DNA from: Auanema rhodensis
Lineage: Eukaryota > Animalia > Nematoda
Direction of reading: 5' to 3'
Assembly (NCBI GenBank): GCA_964057225.1
Contig: OZ059894.1
Coordinates: 22,754,001-22,818,000, forward strand
Length of the DNA stretch: 64,000 nt
The translations under genes and the position numbers were made by a program. The notes beneath the pieces were generated by a model, which was given only the letters and a program-made list of their open reading frames with translations, had not been told where the DNA came from and did no database searches. Below are positions 1 through 10,100 of this stretch, one piece after another (positions within the stretch are counted from its first letter, which is position 1; every line of letters begins with the position of its first letter).

Positions 1-40
1 AAAATTAGTTATGATCGTTTGAAAAATGATGCATTAGTGT

Positions 41-68
41 ATGTTGAGTTTCCATGTACACTCAACAT
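41..68. other. Perfect 9-bp inverted repeat with 10-nt loop, in every monomer; example copy
   Basis: ATGTTGAGT-ttccatgtac-ACTCAACAT. Confidence 0.85.
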
Positions 69-218
69 TGCTTCCAAAAACATTTTGACAAAAATTTTTT
101 CGAAAAATTTCAAAATAATTTAGCAAAAAGTAGATGTTTTTAGATTCCATTTTTCAAGGCAAAGACGATGGTCAATGTTATTCAACGAAAAAATCAATTC
201 TTCAGGGTGAAAATCGAG

Positions 219-240
219 GATATAAGTGTGAACTTATATC
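219..240. other. Perfect 9-bp inverted repeat with 4-nt GTGA loop, in most monomers; example copy
   Basis: GATATAAGT-gtga-ACTTATATC. Confidence 0.85.
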
Positions 241-351
241 AGTTGATATCTCGGTGCATTTTTAAGCTAGCGCAAATCTGATAACACAGAACGACGCAGC
301 TTAAAAATCCGCATCGAATGCACTATACTACATTGAGAAACGCTTAATACA

Positions 352-859
352 AAAATTAGTTATGATCGTTTGAAAAATGATGCATTAGTGTATGTTGAGT
401 TTCCATGTACACTCAACATTGCTTCCAAAAACATTTTGACAAAAATTTTTTCGAGAAATTTCAAAATAATTTAGCAAAAAGTAGATGTTTTTAGATTCCT
501 TTTTTCAAGGCAAAGACGATGGACAATGTTATTCAACGAAAAAATTAATTCTTCAGGGTGAAAATCGAGGATATAAGTGTGAACTTATATCAGTTGATAT
601 CTCGGTGCATTTTTAAGCTAGTTTAATTTAGCATAAAGTAGATGTTTTTAGATTCCATTTTTCAAGGCAAAGACGATGGACAATGATATTCAACAAAAAA
701 ATTAATTCTTCAGGGGGAAAATCGAGGATATAAGTGTGAACTTATATCAGTTGATATCTCGGTGCATTTTTAAGCTAGCGCAAATCTGATAACACAGATC
801 GACGCAGCTTAAAAATCCGCATCGAATGCACTATACTACATTGAAAAACGCTTAATACA
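352..859. repeat. 508-bp monomer variant (351 bp plus 157-bp internal duplication), copy 1
   Basis: After ...TTTAAGCTAG (621) the sequence reads TT then TAATTTAGCATAAAG..., re-entering the monomer at offset 116. The next monomer starts at 860. Confidence 0.97.
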
Positions 860-1109
860 AAAATTAGTTATGATCGTTTGAAAAATGATGCATTAGTGTA
901 TGTTGAGTTTCCATGTACACTCAACATTGCTTCCAAAAACATTTTGACAAAAAGTTTTTCGAAAAATTTCAGAATAATTTAGCAAAAAGTAGATGTTTTT
1001 AGATTCCTTTTTTCAAGGCAAAGACGATGGACAATGTTATTCAACGAAAAAATTAATTCTTCAGGGTGAAAATCGAGGATATAAGTGTGAACTTATATCA
1101 GTTGATATC

Positions 1110-1176
1110 TCGGTGCATTTTTAAGCTAGCGCAAATCTGATAACACAGATCGACGCAGCTTAAAAATCCGCATCGA
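1110..1176. other. Long imperfect inverted repeat present in every monomer (offsets 251-317); example copy
   Basis: TCGGTGC-ATTTTTAAGCT-a-GCG-caa-ATCTG-[ataaca]-CAGAT-cga-CGC-AGCTTAAAAAT-cc-GCATCGA gives 7+11+3+5 potential pairs, one of them G-T. Folding in vivo is not shown. Confidence 0.85.
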
Positions 1177-1210
1177 ATGCACTATACTACATTGAGAAAC
1201 GCTTAATACA

Positions 1211-1718
1211 AAAATTAGTTATGATCGTTTGAAAAATGATGCATTAGTGTATGTTGAGTTTCCATGTACACTCAACATTGCTTCCAAAAACATTTTGACA
1301 AAAATTTTTTCGAGAAATTTCAAAATAATTTAGCAAAAAGTAGATGTTTTTAGATTCCTTTTTTCAAGGCAAAGACGATGGACAATGTTATTCAACGAAA
1401 AAATTAATTCTTCAGGGTGAAAATCGAGGATATAAGTGTGAACTTATATCAGTTGATATCTCGGTGCATTTTTAAGCTAGTTTAATTTAGCATAAAGTAG
1501 ATGTTTTTAGATTCCATTTTTCAAGGCAAAGACGATGGACAATGATATTCAACAAAAAAATTAATTCTTCAGGGGGAAAATCGAGGATATAAGTGTGAAC
1601 TTATATCAGTTGATATCTCGGTGCATTTTTAAGCTAGCGCAAATCTGATAACACAGATCGACGCAGCTTAAAAATCCGCATCGAATGCACTATACTACAT
1701 TGAAAAACGCTTAATACA
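1211..1718. repeat. 508-bp monomer variant, copy 2
   Basis: Same junction AAGCTAG|TT|TAATTTAGCAT at 1480-1483. Confidence 0.97.
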
Positions 1719-4700
1719 AAAATTAGTTATGATCGTTTGAAAAATGATGCATTAGTGTATGTTGAGTTTCCATGTACACTCAACATTGCTTCCAAAAACA
1801 TTTTGACAAAAAGTTTTTCGAAAAATTTCAGAATAATTTAGCAAAAAGTAGATGTTTTTAGATTCCTTTTTTCAAGGCAAAGACGATGGACAATGTTATT
1901 CAACGAAAAAATTAATTCTTCAGGGTGAAAATCGAGGATATAAGTGTGAACTTATATCAGTTGATATCTCGGTGCATTTTTAAGCTAGCGCAAATCTGAT
2001 AACACAGATCGACGCAGCTTAAAAATCCGCATCGAATGCACTATACTACATTGAGAAACGCTTAATACAAAAATTAGTTATGATCGTTTGAAAAATGATG
2101 CATTAGTGTATGTTGAGTTTTCATGTACACTCAACATTGCTTCCAAAAACATTTTGACAAAAATTTTTTCGAAAAATTTCATAATAATTTAGCAAAAAGT
2201 AGATGTTTTTAGATTCCATTTTTCAAGGCAAAGACGATGGACAATGTTATTCAACGAAAAAATTAATTCTTCAGGGTGAAAATCGAGGATATAAGTGTGA
2301 ACTTATATCAGTTGATATCTCGGTGCATTTTTAAGCTAGCGCAAATCTGATAACACAGATCGACGCAGCTTAAAAATCCGCATCGAATGCACTATACTAC
2401 ATTGAGAAACGCTTAATACAAAAATTAGTTATGATCGTTTGAAAAATGATGCATTAGTGTATGTTGAGTTTCCATGTACACTCAACATTGCTTCCAAAAA
2501 CATTTTGACAAAAATTTTTTCGAAAAATTTCAGAATAATTTAGCAAAAAGTAGATGTTTTTAGATTCCATTTTTCAAGGCAAAGACGATGAACAATGTTA
2601 TTCAACGAAAAAATTAATTCTTCAGGGTGAAAATCGAGGATTAAAGTGTGAACTTATATCAGTTGATATCTCGGTGCATTTTTAAGCTAGCGCAAATCTG
2701 ATAACACAGATCGACGCAGCTTAACAATCCGCATCGAATGCACTATACTACATTGAAAAACGCTTAATACAAAAATTAGTTATGATCGTTTGAAAAATGA
2801 TGCATTAGTGTATGTTGAGTTTCCATGTACACTCAACATTGCTTCCAAAAACATTTTGACAAAAATTTTTTCGAAAAATTTCAGAATAATTTAGCATAAA
2901 GTAGATGTTTTTAGATTCCATTTTTCAAGGCAAAGACGATGGACAATGATATTCAACGAAAAAATTAATTCTTCAGGGGGAAAATCGAGGATATAAGTGT
3001 GAACTTATATCAGTTGATATCTCGGTGCATTTTTAAGCTAGCGCAAATCTGATAACACAGATCGACGCAGCTTAAAAATTCGCATCGAATGCACTATACT
3101 ACATTGAGAAACGCTTAATACAAAAATTAGTTATGATCGTTTGAAAAATGATGCATTAGTGTATGTTGAGTTTCCATGTACACTCAACATTGCTTCCAAA
3201 AACATTTTGACAAAAAGTTTTTCGAAAAATTTCAGAATAATTTAGCAAAAAGTAGATGTTTTTAGATTCCTTTTTTCAAGGCAAAGACGATGGTCAATGT
3301 TATTCAACGAAAAAATCAATTCTTCAGGGTGAAAATCGAGGATTTAAATGTGAACTTATATCAGTTGATATCTCGGTGCATTTTTAAGCTAGCGCAAATC
3401 TGATAACACAGATCGACGCAGCTTAAAAATCCGCATCGAATGCACTATACTACATTGAGAAACGCTTAATACAAAAATTAGTTATGATCGTTTGAAAAAT
3501 GATGCATTAGTGTATGTTGAGTTTCCATGTACACTCAACATTGCTTCCAAAAACATTTTGACAAAAATTTTTTCGAAAAATTTCATAATAATTTAGCAAA
3601 AAGTAGATGTTTTTAGATTCCATTTTTCAAGGCAAAGACGATGGACAATGTTATTCAACGAAAAAATTAATTCTTCAGGGTGAAAATCGAGGATATAAGT
3701 GTGAACTTATATCAGTTGATATCTCGGTGCATTTTTAAGCTAGCGCAAATCTGATAACACAGATCGACGCAGCTTAAAAATCCGCATCGAATGCACTATA
3801 CTACATTGAGAAACGCTTAATACAAAAATTAGTTATGATCGTTTGAAAAATGTTGCATTAGTGTATGTTGAGTTTCCATGTACACTCAACATTGCTTCCA
3901 AAAACATTTTGACAAAAATTTTTTCGAAAAATTTCAAAATAATTTAGCAAAAAGTAGATGTTTTTAGATTCCATTTTTCAAGGCAAAGACGATGGACAAT
4001 GTTATTCAACGAAAAAATTAATTCTTCAGGGTGAAAATCGAGGATATAAGTGTGAACTTATATCAGTTGATATCTCGGTGCATTTTTAAGCTAGCGCAAA
4101 TCTGATAACACAGATCGACGCAGCTTAAAAATCCGCATCGAATGCACTATACTACATTGAGAAACGCTTAATACAAAAATTAGTTATGATCGTTTGAAAA
4201 ATGATGCATTAGTGTATGTTGAGTTTCCATGTACACTCAACATTGCTTCCAAAAACATTTTGACAAAAATTTTTTCGAAAAATTTCAGAATAATTTAGCA
4301 AAAAGTAGATGTTTTTAGATTCCATTTTTCAAAGCAAAGACGATGGACAATGTTATTCAACGAAAAAATTAATTCTTCAGGGGGAAAATCGAGGATATAA
4401 GTGTGAACATATATCAGTTGATATCTCGGTGCATTTTTAAGCTAGCGCAAATCTGATAACACAGATCGACGCAGCTTAAAAATCCGCATCGAATGCACTA
4501 TACTACATTGAGAAACGCTTAATACAAAAATTAGTTATGATCGTTTGAAAAATGATGCATTAGTGTATGTTGAGTTTCCATGTACACTCAACATTGCTTC
4601 CAAAAACATTTTGACAAAAATGTTTTCGAAAAATTTCAGAATAATTTAGCAAAAAGTAGATGTTTTTAGATTCCTTTTTTCAAGGCAAAGACGATGGACA

Positions 4701-4877
4701 ATGTTATTCAACGAAAAAATTAATTCTTCAGGGTGAAAATCGAGGATATAAGTGTGAACTTATATCAGTTGATATCTCGGTGCATTTTTAAGCTAGCGCA
4801 AATCTGATAACACAGAACGACGCAGCTTAAAAATCCGCATCGAATGCACTATACTACATTGAGAAACGCTTAATACA

Positions 4878-5385
4878 AAAATTAGTTATGATCGTTTGAA
4901 AAATGATGCATTAGTGTATGTTGAGTTTCCATGTACACTCAACATTGCTTCCAAAAACATTTTGACAAAAATTTTTTCGAGAAATTTCAAAATAATTTAG
5001 CAAAAAGTAGATGTTTTTAGATTCCTTTTTTCAAGGCAAAGACGATGGACAATGTTATTCAACGAAAAAATTAATTCTTCAGGGTGAAAATCGAGGATAT
5101 AAGTGTGAACTTATATCAGTTGATATCTCGGTGCATTTTTAAGCTAGTTTAATTTAGCATAAAGTAGATGTTTTTAGATTCCATTTTTCAAGGCAAAGAC
5201 GATGGACAATGATATTCAACAAAAAAATTAATTCTTCAGGGGGAAAATCGAGGATATAAGTGTGAACTTATATCAGTTGATATCTCGGTGCATTTTTAAG
5301 CTAGCGCAAATCTGATAACACAGATCGACGCAGCTTAAAAATCCGCATCGAATGCACTATACTACATTGAGAAACGCTTAATACA
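4878..5385. repeat. 508-bp monomer variant, copy 3
   Basis: Same junction at 5147-5150. Confidence 0.97.
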
Positions 5386-5736
5386 AAAATTAGTTATGAT
5401 CGTTTGAAAAATGATGCATTAGTGTATGTTGAGTTTCCATGTACACTCAACATTGCTTCCAAAAACATTTTGACAAAAAGTTTTTCGAAAAATTTCAGAA
5501 TAATTTAGCAAAAAGTAGATGTTTTTAGATTCCTTTTTTCAAGGCAAAGACGATGGACAATGTTATTCAACGAAAAAATTAATTCTTCAGGGTGAAAATC
5601 GAGGATATAAGTGTGAACTTATATCAGTTGATATCTCGGTGCATTTTTCAGCTAGCGCAAATCTGATAACACAGATCGACGCAGCTTAAAAATCCGCATC
5701 GAATGCACTATACTACATTGAGAAACGCTTAATACA

Positions 5737-6244
5737 AAAATTAGTTATGATCGTTTGAAAAATGATGCATTAGTGTATGTTGAGTTTCCATGTACACTCA
5801 ACATTGCTTCCAAAAACATTTTGACAAAAATTTTTTCGAGAAATTTCAAAATAATTTAGCAAAAAGTAGATGTTTTTAGATTCCTTTTTTCAAGGCAAAG
5901 ACGATGGACAATGTTATTCAACGAAAAAATTAATTCTTCAGGGTGAAAATCGAGGATATAAGTGTGAACTTATATCAGTTGATATCTCGGTGCATTTTTA
6001 AGCTAGTTTAATTTAGCATAAAGTAGATGTTTTTAGATTCCATTTTTCAAGGCAAAGACGATGGACAATGATATTCAACAAAAAAATTAATTCTTCAGGG
6101 GGAAAATCGAGGATATAAGTGTGAACTTATATCAGTTGATATCTCGGTGCATTTTTAAGCTAGCGCAAATCTGATAACACAGATCGACGCAGCTTAAAAA
6201 TCCGCATCGAATGCACTATACTACATTGAAAAACGCTTAATACA
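5737..6244. repeat. 508-bp monomer variant, copy 4
   Basis: Same junction at 6006-6009. Confidence 0.97.
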
Positions 6245-6595
6245 AAAATTAGTTATGATCGTTTGAAAAATGATGCATTAGTGTATGTTGAGTTTCCATG
6301 TACACTCAACATTGCTTCCAAAAACATTTTGACAAAAAGTTTTTCGAAAAATTTCAGAATAATTTAGCAAAAAGTAGATGTTTTTAGATTCCTTTTTTCA
6401 AGGCAAAGACGATGGACAATGTTATTCAACGAAAAAATTAATTCTTCAGGGTGAAAATCGAGGATATAAGTGTGAACTTATATCAGTTGATATCTCGGTG
6501 CATTTTTAAGCTAGCGCAAATCTGATAACACAGATCGACGCAGCTTAAAAATCCGCATCGAATGCACTATACTACATTGAGAAACGCTTAATACA

Positions 6596-7103
6596 AAAAT
6601 TAGTTATGATCGTTTGAAAAATGATGCATTAGTGTATGTTGAGTTTCCATGTACACTCAACATTGCTTCCAAAAACATTTTGACAAAAATTTTTTCGAGA
6701 AATTTCAAAATAATTTAGCAAAAAGTAGATGTTTTTAGATTCCTTTTTTCAAGGCAAAGACGATGGACAATGTTATTCAACAAAAAAATTAATTCTTCAG
6801 GGTGAAAATCGAGGATATAAGTGTGAACTTATATCAGTTGATATCTCGGTGCATTTTTAAGCTAGTTTAATTTAGCATAAAGTAGATGTTTTTAGATTCC
6901 ATTTTTCAAGGCAAAGACGATGGACAATGATATTCAACAAAAAAATTAATTCTTCAGGGGGAAAATCGAGGATATAAGTGTGAACTTATATCAGTTGATA
7001 TCTCGGTGCATTTTTAAGCTAGCGCAAATCTGATAACACAGATCGACGCAGCTTAAAAATCCGCATCGAATGCACTATACTACATTGAAAAACGCTTAAT
7101 ACA
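6596..7103. repeat. 508-bp monomer variant, copy 5
   Basis: Same junction at 6865-6868. Confidence 0.97.
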
Positions 7104-10100
7104 AAAATTAGTTATGATCGTTTGAAAAATGATGCATTAGTGTATGTTGAGTTTCCATGTACACTCAACATTGCTTCCAAAAACATTTTGACAAAAAGTT
7201 TTTCGAAAAATTTCAGAATAATTTAGCAAAAAGTAGATGTTTTTAGATTCCTTTTTTCAAGGCAAAGACGATGGACAATGTTATTCAACGAAAAAATTAA
7301 TTCTTCAGGGTGAAAATCGAGGATATAAGTGTGAACTTATATCAGTTGATATCTCGGTGCATTTTTAAGCTAGCGCAAATCTGATAACACAGATCGACGC
7401 AGCTTAAAAATCCGCATCGAATGCACTATACTACATTGAGAAACGCTTAATACAAAAATTAGTTATGATCGTTTGAAAAATGATGCATTAGTGTATGTTG
7501 AGTTTCCATGTACACTCAACATTGCTTCCAAAAACATTTTGACAAAAATTTTTTCGAAAAATTTCATAATAATTTAGCAAAAAGTAGATGTTTTTAGATT
7601 CCATTTTTCAAGGCAAAGACGATGGACAATGTTATTCAACGAAAAAATTAATTCTTCAGGGTGAAAATCGAGGATATAAGTGTGAACTTATATCAGTTGA
7701 TATCTCGGTGCATTTTTAAGCTAGCGCAAATCTGATAACACAGATCGACGCAGCTTAAAAATCCGCATCGAATGCACTATACTACATTGAGAAACGCTTA
7801 ATACAAAAATTAGTTATGATCGTTTGAAAAATGATGCATTAGTGTATGTTGAGTTTCCATGTACACTCAACATTGCTTCCAAAAACATTTTGACAAAAAT
7901 TTTTTCGAAAAATTTCAGAATAATTTAGCAAAAAGTAGATGTTTTTAGATTCCATTTTTCAAGGCAAAGACGATGAACAATGTTATTCAACGAAAAAATT
8001 AATTCTTCAGGGTGAAAATCGAGGATTAAAGTGTGAACTTATATCAGTTGATATCTCGGTGCATTTTTAAGCTAGCGCAAATCTGATAACACAGATCGAC
8101 GCAGCTTAACAATCCGCATCGAATGCACTATACTACATTGAGAAACGCTTAATACAAAAATTAGTTATGATCGTTTGAAAAATGATGCATTAGTGTATGT
8201 TGAGTTTCCATGTACACTCAACATTGCTTCCAAAAACATTTTGACAAAAATTTTTTCGAAAAATTTCAGAATAATTTAGCATAAAGTAGATGTTTTTAGA
8301 TTCCATTTTTCAAGGCAAAGACGATGGACAATGATATTCAACGAAAAAATTAATTCTTCAGGGGGAAAATCGAGGATATAAGTGTGAACTTATATCAGTT
8401 GATATCTCGGTGCATTTTTAAGCTAGCGCAAATCTGATAACACAGATCGACGCAGCTTAAAAATCCGCATCGAATGCACTATACTACATTGAGAAACGCT
8501 TAATACAAAAATTAGTTATGATCGTTTGAAAAATGATGCATTAGTGTATGTTGAGTTTCCATGTACACTCAACATTGCTTCCAAAAACATTTTGACAAAA
8601 ATTTTTTCGAAAAATTTCATAATAATTTAGCAAAAAGTAGATGTTTTTAGATTCCATTTTTCAAGGCAAAGACGATGGACAATGTTATTCAACGAAAAAA
8701 TTAATTCTTCAGGGTGAAAATCGAGGATTAAAGTGTGAACTTATATCAGTTGATATCTCGGTGCATTTTTAAGCTAGCGCAAATCTGATAACACAGATCG
8801 ACGCAGCTTAAAAATCCGCATCGAATGCACTATACTACATTGAGAAACGCTTAATACAAAAATTAGTTATGATCGTTTGAAAAATGATGCATTAGTGTAT
8901 GTTGAGTTTCCATGTACACTCAACATTGCTTCCAAAAACATTTTGACAAAAATTTTTTCGAAAAATTTCAGAATAATTTAGCATAAAGTAGATGTTTTTA
9001 GATTCCATTTTTCAAGGCAAAGACGATGGACAATGATATTCAACGAAAAAATTAATTCTTCAGGGGGAAAATCGAGGATATAAGTGTGAACTTATATCAG
9101 TTGATATCTCGGTGCATTTTTAAGCTAGCGCAAATCTGATAACACAGATCGACGCAGCTTAACAATCCGCATCGAATGCACTATACTACATTGAGAAACG
9201 CTTAATACAAAAATTAGTTATGATCGTTTGAAAAATGATGCATTAGTGTATGTTGAGTTTCCATGTACACTCAACATTGCTTCCAAAAACATTTTGACAA
9301 AAATTTTTTCGAAAAATTTCAGAATAATTTAGCATAAAGTAGATGTTTTTAGATTCCATTTTTCAAGGCAAAGACGATGGACAATGATATTCAACGAAAA
9401 AATTAATTCTTCAGGGGGAAAATCGAGGATATAAGTGTGAACTTATATCAGTTGATATCTCGGTGCATTTTTAAGCTAGCGCAAATCTGATAACACAGAT
9501 CGACGCAGCTTAAAAATCCGCATCGAATGCACTATACTACATTGAGAAACGCTTAATACAAAAATTAGTTATGATCGTTTGAAAAATGATGCATTAGTGT
9601 ATGTTGAGTTTCCATGTACACTCAACATTGCTTCCAAAAACATTTTGACAAAAATTTTTTCGAAAAATTTCATAATAATTTAGCAAAAAGTAGATGTTTT
9701 TAGATTCCATTTTTCAAGGCAAAGACGATGGACAATGTTATTCAACGAAAAAATTAATTCTTCAGGGTGAAAATCGAGGATTAAAGTGTGAACTTATATC
9801 AGTTGATATCTCGGTGCATTTTTAAGCTAGCGCAAATCTGATAACACAGATCGACGCAGCTTAAAAATCCGCATCGAATGCACTATACTACATTGAGAAA
9901 CGCTTAATACAAAAATTAGTTATGATCGTTTGAAAAATGATGCATTAGTGTATGTTGAGTTTCCATGTACACTCAACATTGCTTCCAAAAACATTTTGAC
10001 AAAAATTTTTTCGAAAAATTTCAGAATAATTTAGCATAAAGTAGATGTTTTTAGATTCCATTTTTCAAGGCAAAGACGATGGACAATGATATTCAACGAA

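Larger units (their letters stand above)
352..2069. repeat. 859-bp higher-order repeat (508+351), 2 copies
   Basis: Junctions at 621 and 1480 are 859 bp apart. Each 508-mer is followed by a monomer with AAAAGTTTTTCG and TTCCTTTT alleles. Confidence 0.93.
4878..7454. repeat. 859-bp higher-order repeat (508+351), 3 copies
   Basis: Junctions at 5147, 6006 and 6865 (spacing 859), with the same partner monomer haplotype. Confidence 0.93.

Noticed and set aside
98-114. CENP-B box
   Set aside because: TTCG....A matches, but the required CGGG is absent.
76-154. Helically phased A-tracts (intrinsically bent DNA)
   Set aside because: A/T tracts are abundant, but their spacings are irregular (often 12-14 bp) rather than a clean 10-11 bp period. 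A curvature calculation would be needed.
8-197. Ancient ~170-175 bp dimer substructure (GTTATGATCGTTTGAAAAATGA versus GTTATTCAACGAAAAAATCAA)
   Set aside because: The similarity is short, AT-rich and does not visibly extend. A self-alignment with shuffled controls is needed.
150-215. Satellite-encoded hammerhead ribozyme (minus-strand CTGAAGA at 199-205 fits CUGANGA)
   Set aside because: I could not build stem II followed by GAAA, nor stems I and III around a cleavage triplet. The plus-strand CTGATAA does not fit the core. An Infernal search with Rfam hammerhead models would settle it.
1-351. 5S rRNA, tRNA, snRNA or spliced-leader tandem gene unit
   Set aside because: I recognise no conserved sequence, cloverleaf or Pol III internal promoter boxes. 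An Rfam scan could not be run.
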